A stretch of DNA of 64,000 bases from NCBI GenBank assembly GCA_048128005.1, contig JBEUKZ010000010.1:372001-436000 (forward strand), in the 5' to 3' direction. The position numbers were made by a program, and so were the translations under genes. The stretch comes from Veleropilina oligotropha. Its lineage: Eukaryota. Of this stretch, positions 23,030-34,827 are shown one piece after another (the stretch's first letter is position 1; each line of letters starts with the position of its first letter). Below the pieces are notes generated by a model. That model saw nothing but the letters and a program-made list of their open reading frames with translations, was not told the DNA's origin and did no database searches.

Positions 23030-26000
23030 AACGGGGTGGTAATGGGTTTGTGCGTTAAAACGTGATTAGATATATTCTAGAAATTGAAAACGTGAAACAT
23101 TGAAAGAAATTGCGTGGATCCGTGAAAAAGAGATGTGCGTGAGGCGTGAATGTCTCTCAAATAAATAGTGAATACGTGAAAGAGGTATGTGAAACGTGAT
23201 AATGTTTAACATATAAGATATTAGCACGAATCCTTGAATGCTCGTTTGAATATCCATAAACCTGTCATTATTAATATATATAATACGCCGCAATTGTTAT
23301 TGAAATGCGTATTCGCGAAAATAACAGAACGCGGCCGCTTAAAAACGTAGAGGAAGCACATTATTTCGTTTGCTTTCAAGCAAAATCTAGTATTGAAAGC
23401 GCTCTCGTTCGTCTGCAAATGATGTAGCACCAGCTGTTTATGAATAATGCGATATATTAGTAAAATTACTACCACTGGATTTCTGATTCTGCAGAATGAT
23501 CAGCAGCACATCCCTACTGAGTATCGGCTCCCGAGAATAACGTTGGTGGGCTGTGAGTGCTGTGTCTGATGTCTATCGACAACAAATCCTTGAATGCCGA
23601 TGTAACGTTCTCGAGTAGTGGATGATGTCAGGGACTGTTCTTATGCAAATGAGTTCCAAAACTCCGTGCTCGATGAAAATCGTGCTTCGCTCTTTTGCGT
23701 GTGTCAGCCTTTTCCAGATAATCCTCGTGACCCGATCTCCACCAGTCATTCACGATTTCGATTTTCATTGACGATGTATAAATGCACACGACACTTATAC
23801 ATTAGTCGAGGGCCGTTAGACAATTTTTCATCTAGCGGTGCCATGCAGATGGTACTTAATGAAATTACAAATTCCTGGTAGCTTTCTATGTCAACATTTC
23901 ATAACTGCTTGCTGGACATCTGTAACTTGTAGCTTTCACGGTGAAATTAACTTTCAAAGATAACTATCCTGTAGTGAATATTCTCAGTTTTGGTTGTCAC
24001 CAAACTGAACTAAACATCTGCATACATTCTTAAATGTTTCATTGCTCACGATGTATAATTGTATGACGTCTTACTTCGAGAGATAAATAACTTTACGAAT
24101 ATATTTATAAGTGGTATAATGTACACATCCGCATTACCATGTTATTGAACAGAAAGAATAACCCTCGTCCACCATCTCGTCAACCAATTCGATAGTGATG
24201 GCGTAACCGTCGTTCATGTTTGTACATGTTTTCAGCGGACACTATTATGTGCACTGGGAGTTGGCAGAATAGTTTCATGATATGATTCGTGTTCAAGAAT
24301 TGGTAGCCAATCTTTGTTTGTTGATTTAGATTTTGGCCATACTTCGAGACGGCCAAAACTCTTTATTTGCAACGCTTTCATGGGATCATAGAAGAAATTG
24401 ACCTGTTTCGAGTCTTGAAACGACGAACATCTGATATTTCTACATTGGTGGATGTCGTAACCGGACAATATCCACGGTTCAACAGTATTTATTACACAAT
24501 GGGTTGATCCAGTCACTGTGTCTTACACCTACTACATATTGTACATGCATGTTTTCCTTATGTATTAGGATGGCACCTAAATATGGAAAATAAGGCCATT
24601 ACTTTTTTACTTCCACCAAATAACACTATTATCGTATGCATGCGCTCCGATGTTCTGCCTTGAATTAGCATTTTGACACAGCCGTTGGCCACAAACTACA
24701 AATCTTCGGATCCCAACCGACAGCTTTCTCAACTACAAGATCAACAGGAATAAGGCCAAATGTGTTTTTCTCCATGATTGTGACTAAGAATCTGCCTTCC
24801 AAGACTTGATGGTGACTCACATAGTGATCTTCATCAAGTCTTGTCATTTGAGCAAGGGAGATCTAGAAACAGAGAGCATAATTTTGTTTGTTGTGCGCGA
24901 AGCACCAGAGGATCACTGCATATTCCCTGAAGATGCAATAGCCATTTCATAGAAGCACAGATATGAGCCAGGAGGATGTCCAAATATCCAGGTAGGGCAC
25001 CCAGAACGATATCAGTGGCCGACGGGTTTGGCGTTTATTCTCATCATTCTCAAAACGTGGATATCTTTGATGGATGCGTCATCCAGGAGGGCAGGCAATG
25101 ATGTTGGTAACAACTTCCCCGACAAGGTGATCATGCGTCGATATTCTGGTATGTTATCATAGTGTTTACTTATATCCAATCTTGGAATCAATACCACATC
25201 AGACGCATTGGCAATGCTTTATAGATGATTTGGAGCTTAACACTACTGTAACTGTTTCACTGTTTGCCTTCAACAACGCTCTTGGTCGACTCCTTTGCGA
25301 TGACTCCATTATCAACTGTCAAATCTCGAAGACCAGCTTTTCCAAACCGCATACTAATAACGGAAAGGAGATTGCATATCGTGTGAAAGGTTCTCATCCT
25401 CAAAGTCACATTCCGATATGTCTTCTGATTCTGTCAAACAACTTCTGCTACTTTTATGTATAAGGCTTGATGAATTACTCAGATTGCTTGTAGATCTAGA
25501 GCAGTCACTACTTTCTTTGTCCGTGTTAGTATTTGGCACAGAGTAGCTGGAGCACTGGTGTGAGACCAATACCCCACTTTGTCAACACGTACGTCCAATT
25601 TTCACAGGTCAGTATGTTGATGTCTGTTGGTTTGTAAGGTCACTTTATGGCACACTATGAGTGTGGTAGTAGTGTGGTTTGTGAAATAATCTCTTCTTGC
25701 CGTTTTGCATACCTGTATTATGAAGAGATGGAAGGGCTGCAGCCACCAGTGGCTCAGGTATTATATCATTCACATGATTAGAAGTTCATGTCCAACTTAG
25801 AGTTTATTCATGTATGTTTGCCTATGATGAGTTTCATATATATGGGGCTTGTCGATCATCAGTTACTAATGAGGTATACTAGTATGCGTCGTCTTCTTGA
25901 TCTTCACCAGCCAAGGAAACTCGTTGAGACTTTTGTCGGGTGAATTATAAATATGATCAGTGGCAATGTGCTTCAGCAGTTATTATATCGAGTGTTGCGT

Positions 26001-26670
26001 CCTTCACTGTTTCATTAGCTTTCAGAACGTTATTGAGTCAAGGTTCTGCAAGTAGCCACCCGTTCGCTTGTAGCTCAACCGATTGGGTCATTTTTTCACG
26101 ACTATGGATCATTTTGACGTATATGTAGACCTTATCGTCGAATAAATTTTTTGCTGGATATGTAGTTTCAGTCTTTCGATGTGTCCGTATCAGCTAGTGT
26201 TCAAATGTTCAAAATATTTAATGCAACCTTTTATAGGTTTTTCTAAGACTTGTGCATTAAGTCAACCCGATGTGATATATTATAACATATGTCTGGAGTT
26301 CCTCTGAGTGTGCAATTTGCTGAATATAGTGATTTTACCATATAACATACACATAAACGTAAAATAACTGTAGGCCTGGGGAAAAAACCTACACCTTTGG
26401 AATGTCCAGCAAGTATTTTTGGTAATGGTCTACCACCCTTCATGAATGGCTAAAGTGGATTTTAGTGCACCCACATATGGCACAGTCCATCAGTTGGCAC
26501 ATGGACTACATTCCAAGCTTATTACAACTATAATTTAATTAATATTTACACATATTTATGGTTAGACATTATGCGTGAAACGTGAAATAAATTGAGCATG
26601 AAAACGTGAAATGCACTTTATTTTCACGTGATTGCGTGAAGATACCCCCCCCCCCCCATTACACCCCTTT
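23030..26670. mobile_element. Non-autonomous DNA element with CGTGA-rich subterminal repeats, hosting the Academ remnant
   Basis: Left end ggggtggtaatggg, right end cccattacacccc; multiple (g/a)cgtga(a) motifs at 23050-23200 and 26570-26640; tagaa(a) on both flanks. Confidence 0.45.
23470..26508 (-). pseudogene. Decayed Academ-like DNA transposon (transposase pseudogene, one TIR retained)
   Basis: Minus-strand fragments with stops and frameshifts: AGLRDLTVDNGVIAKESTKSVVEGKQ, GPLISFWVPYLD, WLLHL..WCFAHNKQNYA..AQMTRLDEDH, NTFGLIPVDLVVE. These are collinear with the large Academ-type transposases as I recall them. The terminus TAGTCCATGTGCCAACTGATGGACTG begins at 26508 (-). Confidence 0.65.
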
Positions 26671-27470
26671 AGAAATGGTGATTTCCTTAGGTTGCCATAC
26701 ATGAGATACAAGTATTCCAAATGTTTTATTCTCAACGTTAGCTTAAATATACTTCTTGTCTTCCATAAAGTAGCAAAACTATGACTATATTCATAATTAT
26801 CTGTCTTTAATTAGTTTATCACATTGTGTACTAACGAGTAAATTTTATATATATATAGAAGGGAATGGGACGTTACACCGCTAGGCCACTATATCTTTAG
26901 CTCTCCAAAATGATGTTTGGAAAGGTCTTCCCTGAACAACATAACTACATTATATAACGATAATTCATCTCCGTTTCACATAAATCCTTTTTACCCGGTA
27001 TTTATTTCTGGCAGACGTGCATTCCATAAAATTCAGACAAGTAACAAGCTTTCCACATCAACTTGAAAAAGAACTTCGGTTATATATAAATGTTCAAGAT
27101 ACACTATTAGTCAGAAGGGGACGGGGTGCGAACAACCCACCCCTTTTGACAAAAACGAAAATGTTTATAAACTTATTTCATAGCTTATTTCGAATAACAT
27201 ACACATACACCTTTTACTCATACAAAGTGGTGAAAATGGTTCATAAATATGAGTAAAATACATTGTATTTGCTCTCTCAGAATGCAGGAGAGAGGGTTTC
27301 ACACCCTTAATTATCAAAATTCTCCATCGCGTAGGCCTCCGCCCCCCACGCGGACCGTTGAGAGTATAATTATACTATAGTTCAACCCCTCCCCTTTCAA
27401 ATTCCTGATTACGTCAATGTAATCAAAGAAGTAAAAACATATACTAGTATATATGGAAAACATGCATGAT

Positions 27471-28252
27471 CGGGCGCGGATCCAGGAATTTCGCTTGGGG
27501 GAGGGGGGGCGCTGAATTTACTATCAGCGAAAGGAAATTTTGAGAATGTCAGCCTGAAACCCCCTTTCCTGCACTCTGACAGGGCAAAAGCGATATTTCA
27601 TTCTAACTTTTTATGAACCACCGTCACTAAAATAGCACGAGTCAAATTTGTATTTTATTTTGTCATAATCGAATTGTCCGCGTGGGGTCGGCGCCCCACG
27701 AGCAAGAAAATTTTGACAATTAACGATGTGAAATCCCCTCCTGCATTATTACATTGCAACAGCCTATTTATAAGGAAGTGTCTATAGGACCGGATCCGGT
27801 TCCCGACTTTATAAAACTAAAGAACCGGACCACCGCCACTTATTGGTCAAATATGTCACGTGCTAACTGTTCGATTCCAACATGGCTGCGGCCTAAATTA
27901 TAGTAATACAAATGAATGCCCGATCAGGGCTTGAAGCCACGTCATGGGCAAATATATAAGACATGGAGGTTTTAGTAGTTTTCTACACAAGACAATGTAT
28001 ATAAGATGGGCAGAATTCGGTCCGCAGGCCTAAAGAAGAAAAAACTCGTTCTGATTAATGCGTGACACGTGACATATTTGACCAATAAGTGGCGGTCCGG
28101 TTCTTTAGTTTTAGAAAGTCGGTTCTATAGACACTTCCTATTTATAATGTTCTGAAAGTCATTTGTATCAGATTATACATATTATTTTAGTATGCTTGGC
28201 CAACTTTAGGGGGGGGGGGGCGCCGGGTGCGCCCCCCCTGGATCCGCGCCTG
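27471..28252. mobile_element. hAT-like MITE with 5-bp TSD (same family as 20943-21716)
   Basis: ATGAT|cgggcgcggatccagg ... cctggatccgcgcctg|ATGAT. Confidence 0.75.
27774..28138. mobile_element. Mutator-like (MULE) MITE with long TIRs and 9-bp TSD, nested in the preceding MITE
   Basis: TATTTATAA|GGAAGTGTCTATAG...cttattggtcaaatatgtcacgtg ... cacgtgacatatttgaccaataag...CTATAGACACTTCC|TATTTATAA. Confidence 0.85.
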
Positions 28253-29285
28253 ATGATAATACTGTAGTTAATGTCCCTGCTTCCGCATGTGTACATATTT
28301 ATAAACAACATCCATACAACATTGCTGTCCAAAAGCACCCTGTCCAATTATTTTGTATTATGGCTATACAACGGTAGCTCTCCACTTACTCGATCTAGAA
28401 AATATCCCTTTATTATTGTACCGCATGAATTGATGTATACTATTTGTAATTTATAAATGTACAAGGACAATTGCTAAAAATAGGCCCCGCCGCGCCTACT
28501 CACCAATAATCAACTTATTTAAAAAAAAATATTTGTTCATAAAAATGCAACAACCCAAACTATAATTATCCTTATAAGGATGTTGTTTTATAATTACCAA
28601 AGTTATATATGCATATATTATTTGAAAACATCTAGCCTTGTCCAAACGGACAAATGCTCGCATAGTCATAGTCTAGTCCTAGTATAAGACTGGGGTCGTC
28701 GTTTCGTATTCTCTTTGCCTGGAGAGTGACTTGGAAGGTGTAAAAAATAATATATTAATCAAAGCATTTTATTTTTTAAATGCAGGTCTAATGGTTCAGC
28801 TTTCGTTGATCTTTCATCGGCGCATCACAAAGGGTAGACATAAATGTAAAATAATAAAACAATAACAGATTTACGCAAATAAATGGAGTTTTATGCCAGT
28901 ACGATAGGAAAGTTATGCTATTACGATAGGCCTATAATATGTTATATGACAGGCGTTGATATTACTAAAAAGTGATTACATTACGCGATGTGACAGGCAA
29001 TTTAAACTACTAGATTTGGGTTTTTGACCTATTCAACTAAAACAAATGAATAAAATAAAAAATTATTATATATTTGGGATGTCAGAGAAATTGTAATGGT
29101 CAAAGGGACATAACTGTGCAAAACCCATTGTAATAAAACTGCATGCAGCTGAATATAATATACAAGTTATTATTTTAGTTAATTAACTTTTTTATAATAA
29201 ATAATGCAGTTCCTATTCAATTTTACATATTAAACAAGCTACGAATGCAATCAAATATACTTCGTATAATATTTTTATTTCTCTT

Positions 29286-29385
29286 TCCTCGCGATAACTT
29301 GTTTCCAACCAACATGTAAACAACATGGCGGACGCGGGCTGCTAACGCAAACTTAAATAATCTAAAGAACGTACGCTATATTTAG
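29286..29385 (+). promoter_or_regulatory. Putative TTC6 promoter and non-coding first exon with X-box-like, Fox and YY1 motifs
   Basis: gtttccaaccaac at 29301-29313 (RFX X-box-like), tgtaaaca at 29315-29322 (forkhead), aacatggcg at 29322-29330 (YY1). Donor tag|gtactt at 29385; acceptor tttag at 30121, 8 nt before the ATG. Confidence 0.45.
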
Positions 29386-29620
29386 GTACTTACAGATAAA
29401 AGTAAGGGATTTTTGACGTTGTAAACAGAAAAAAAGTATTTTTTGAAACATTGTGTCTAATGTAACACTGTCACTGTGGCAAATTCTTTGTATTTTGTCC
29501 GAATTTGTCAAATGACGGTACACCAACAATGTTTAATCTTCGCATCGCATAAAATCTAACATTCCAGTTAACATAGCTGATATGCACAGTGCAGAATCTG
29601 AGCGAAGAAAGGTTGTGTAG

Positions 29621-29846
29621 TTTGCAGTTTAAGGGTCCCCATGCAGCCATGGTACTATTCGTTCATAAGCCCATGATCAATATCCAATTTGTTACTGTGA
29701 AAATTTGTACACGATTTACGGACATTACCTTACAATATGGGCATTAGGGTTTAGGAGTATATTCTATGGGCATTAGGGTCAGTGTATTAATAAGCAGGGT
29801 TAGTTAACCCTATACGTACTGGGGACCCTTAAACTGCAAGTGCCCC
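29621..29846. mobile_element. Small MITE with telomere-like interior
   Basis: Inverted repeat ttgcagtttaagggtcccc / ggggacccttaaactgcaa; internal ttaggg-like motifs. Confidence 0.65.
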
Positions 29847-30129
29847 CTCGTCGCGATTAAAAGTCTTCATGGAGTTTTATAATACATAAGATGGAAAAGT
29901 TCGAAAGTAATAGTAATATGGACGTTCAGATACCTCCTCCTTTGATATTCAAATTAATTTCCAATAAATAAATCTCCGAATACAGTGAATTCTGAAAACA
30001 ATCAGAAGTACATTTCAAAAGTGACACTGATAGGATATGCTGTGTCGATTTGCATAGATTATCAACAACATGTTGCAAGGCAAACAACATGAATGCTGTA
30101 TGTATTGTTGTATCATTTTAGCCTTCACA

Positions 30130-33100
30130 ATGTATGGACAGGATCTCTTTGTGACAGTTAAAGATGAAAGAGGAGGTAATTTTCGCCATGGAACTAGCAA
30201 AAGAGAGGAGCTTCTTCTGAAAAAGGAGTTGGATGACTTGGCTAGAAAAACTATTGGAGAACTCTCTAGCAAAAAGGAGATTAAGAAAACTATTCCATTA
30301 AGTGAAGGTGAACTAACTGCCAGGTAAATAATAAAAGCGTTATCATTTATGAACTTGTTATTTATAAGCATTATGATATAATTTAAGATAGATGTTGACC
30401 TTGCGCCGTCTCCTAATGCAGGCCTTGAAATTTCAAAATTCTGCGTAATCAGTTTATCGTTCACGCCATTTTCTCCTGCGTAACCCATCGTTCGGTTACG
30501 CAAACATATTTTGTGTAACTCATTTTGTTATTGCTACAGTTGTATTGTATATTGTATTATCTCGTGTAATTATGCGATTTTGCGAAAAATTGATTCCCAC
30601 CAATGGCACCCACGAGAATCTGGATTCCCTAGCTGAAATATTAAAAACTGTTAAAATAATAGCGAAAGAGGGTTAATTATGAAAATGCATACTTTGCTAA
30701 TGTCACTTTCAGCAAAAATATATTTTTCTTTAATGTACACTTCACATGTGTCATTTTTCATGACAAATGTACCATGCTTTGTAACATGAATGGATGGAGA
30801 CGCATTTTCAGTTTATTTGTGTAGATATAGCATTACCGCGGCTCTGTTATAAATGACCACTTCATACTGTTAATTCGAAAACCAGATGTGCTTAATAAAT
30901 AATGTCTTTTGGCGCTTTACTAGTATTTTTTATAGACATTTAATCAAAAATGTGTTATGACCAACTAATTTGTCATTTTCGGCTCGTGGTAAGTTACAAT
31001 ACAAAAGGGAGATAATTTCGAACTGCCGCCAGGGGCAGACATGAAAATGACTGACAGCTGACAATATTTCCCAGTCTACTGCAGAAATGCTTTCACTTTA
31101 CAAACACGCGAGTTGTTAACACATTTTATCAGATGCCACAGGAGAGGATTATTGATAAATAAACAGATAGGTACTACTCTAGAATTGATTTCATCGCTAA
31201 ACTATTCATGTTCTTGTTTATTTCCATATGAAATTGGCACACAATGCACATGTGATTTTATTAAATAAACACTTTTTCTTCACGCGAATCAACATGGATT
31301 CCCATTAAAACACCCTAGGCGAATCTTTCGCGTCAAAATTCAACCACTGCGGAGACTTTCAGAACGATTTAATAGCGTACATTTACCTTCATGTATAGTT
31401 ATGAATGTTCGTTAAAAGGGGGAATTTACTAAATTTGTCAAGCTTATTTTGAGGTCCCATTAAAGCATATAAACGTATATGTTTCTCGCGAACGGTTTTC
31501 CGTTCTCGGGTATTTTGTTTTGCGTAACCGGTACGCAAATGAAACGATCGTTCTCGCCAATTTTCAAGGCCTTCTAATGTGTATATCTGTTTAATAATTA
31601 GTACTTTAAATCTAGATCCATGTGCATAGCACCTGTTAACATGACTTCACAAATACCTCCCTGGTGTGGGCCTGGTTCATTATGCCCCAACAAACGAAGT
31701 TTAGGGTGGGGCATGTAGGAGACAGCTTGTCCGTCTGTCTGTCTGTTGCAAATTCCCTTCTGCTCCATATCTCCGATACTATTTGACCGAGGGACACGAA
31801 ACTTGATGTGTGCATGCGTCATAACCCAAAGATGTGTCGCGTACCGAAAGTAGATCACTGCGACCTACTTTCATGCTTGACTGCAGTGCACTTAATCCAA
31901 AATTCCCTTTCGCTCCATATCTCCCATACTATTTGACCAAGGGACATGAAACTTGATGTGTGTGTGCATCATAACCAAAAGGTGTGTTGCGTACTGAAAG
32001 TAGATCACCATGACCTACTTTTCATGCTTGACTGCACAATCCAAAATTCCCTTCCGCTCCATATCTGCCATACTACATGTATTTGACCAAGGGACATGAA
32101 ACTTGATATGTGTATGCGTCATAACCCAAAGGTGTGTTGCGTACCAAAAGTAGGTCACCACGACCTACTTTTCATGCTTGACTGCACAATCTAAAATTCT
32201 CTTCCGCTCCATATCTTCCATACTATTTGACCGAGGGACACAAAACTTTATGTATGTATGCGTCATCACCCAAAGGACTTTAAGGTGTGTCGCGTACCAA
32301 AAGCAGGTCACTGCAACCTACTTTTCACGCTTCACCACATTTGATCCAAAATTCCCTTCTGCTCAATATCTCCCATACTATTTGACTGAGGGACATGAAA
32401 CTTCATATGTGTATGCGTCATAACTGATATATGTATGTCGTGTGGTGTACCAAAAGTAGGTCACTGCAACCTACTTTTCACGCTTCACCACATTTGATCC
32501 AAAATTCCCTTCTGCTCAATATCTCCCATACTATTTGACTGAGGGACATGAAACTTCATATGTGTATGCGTCATAACTGATATATGTATGTCGTGTGGTG
32601 TACCAAAAGTAGGTCACTGCAACCTACTTTTCACGCTTCACCACATTTGATCCAAAATTCCTTTCTGCTCAATATCTCCCATACTATTTGACTGAGAGAC
32701 ATGAAACTTCATGTGTGTATGCAACAACCTGTTCCTGGGTCAAACGCTTTCGTGGGGGCATGTGATCACTCCTGTGATAGCTCTAGTTCGAGATTATTTC
32801 TCAACAACCTCTGAGAGTATTAGAGTAAGTACCGAAGAAATACACTGACAATATCTGTTGTTGAATTAGTAATTATTTGTACAGCCGGCTTTACATATTG
32901 TTACAATTGATTCGTTAATCATTGACTGCGCTGTTGTTATTCTGGGATATAATGAAAGTATTACATATTTTATATTAAATATTCCAGAAAACTACGACCG
33001 GAATTTGTCAAGTCAAAGCCAAAAGAGAAAAGGAAAACGGAACCGATGTTTCCAGCTGAAATGCGATCAAAGACGCCAAAGCAGGTAAATAATCATTACA

Positions 33101-34778
33101 TGCTAAATGCGATAGCCAAGAGATTAATGGCTATGATGTGCATGTTATACGCAGGGATAATTCAATATGAAAAACAGCATAGCTGACTATAGTTGGAATA
33201 GGAATTCGTGTTGTAGTGATATTTGATTTCGAACACATCCAATAGTGTGGTATAAACGTTGTTTAATATGTGTAATCATGTTAAAATTGTTGATGTTACA
33301 GAATAATTATATTAATTTAATTTAGCGTAATGTTGCACTCTATTTCCAGCAGTATTCACTGATCCCTAATGTGCCTCCATACAATCCACTTGACAAGGGC
33401 CCTTCTGCTGAAATTCATGAGAGAACCAAGAAATTTCCTTATGCCAGAGAGGACACAATAACCACTACAGGTAGAATGCACTGATAATTGGAGACATTCC
33501 GAAGTTAGATTACCATTGTATTTCCATGTAAAGTGTTTACAAGTAAACAGGGCTGATTACTCAAATGCAGTTTTAATTAAATGAAGGATAACAGGTCTTG
33601 TTGAAGGATAGTTTTATGTATGTACATGTTTTTTGTCCACTGTCGCAGAGATCATAGTATTCATACTCGTCTTCCCATTTGTTCGTCTAACCGTAACCAT
33701 AACCCAAATTATAACCATAACCATAATTATAATCTTAACCCCAACCCTAACCCTAACCCTAATTTTTATCTCTAGCCCTAGCTCTTATCCCTAAACCTAA
33801 TCCTTTTCCCAAGCCCTATCCCTAACCACGAAAAGATGGAGATATCCGTTTTTGCCACGATGAAGAAAATAGCAAAAAATGGATATATGTATCCATCTTT
33901 AGCAGTGAAAGAGTTAATCACAATTGTTATTTACATTCTCATTGCAGACATGAAGAAGGCTCACGTTTCTTCTGTTGGAGTGGTACCTACAGTCAGAGAC
34001 AGGTAGGTAGAATCTAAACAGGTTTCTTTGTTTCTTAGATTATGGATGAACGGACTAGATGTTTAATGACCACATTTTAGGTCAGGAAACGCTGAGTCAT
34101 AAAATAAAGTGATGCTGTTTGCTATTATTTCTGTGTTGGGCACATGCCTATTGGCAACCTGATCCTGGGCCTGTTGATTACGCATTATAATCACTAGAGT
34201 TATCTCCCTTAGCCTGAGTTATTTTAGCCCATAGCATTTCAGAGATCGCAATTTCGAGAGAAGGACAGATTGCAGTTTCTTTTGCTTGCCAAAATTCGGA
34301 CATATTCAACTAGTCTTTTAATAGTGTAATAAATTTGTCATAGAACTTGGCTCAATGGTGCGTGAACTGCAAGACCTACAAATCTAGTACATGTATGTCA
34401 TTTTTTCATAATGGATGTTCAAGATATTTTAATAATGTTTATGTTATTACTACACTAGCTGAATTGAGCTCCCTTCGGGAGCTCTAATTCAGTGTCGTGG
34501 GGCCTGCGGCCCCAAGTGGAGGGGCTTCGCCCCTCATATTAATTGTTTGCTTTATTTTGAGGCAACTACAAATTGCATAAAATTTGCAAAATTTATATTT
34601 TCGCCTAAAATTAAAAAATTTAAATTATTTTTTTTGGAATTTTTCTTCAAAATTTTAATTTCTTTTGCGGCCAAGACCACCCCCTGGGTACCCTTAGTTG
34701 ACATGCAAACTTTGGTGAGGATCGGCACAGTGGTTACGGAGGAGATAGCGGACAGACAGACAGACAGACAGACTCTAC

Positions 34779-34827
<49 letters not shown>

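Noticed and set aside
33690..33830. True telomere or chromosome-fusion scar
   Set aside because: Short, degenerate and intronic; similar ttaggg-like tracts occur inside MITEs in this window (29740-29810).
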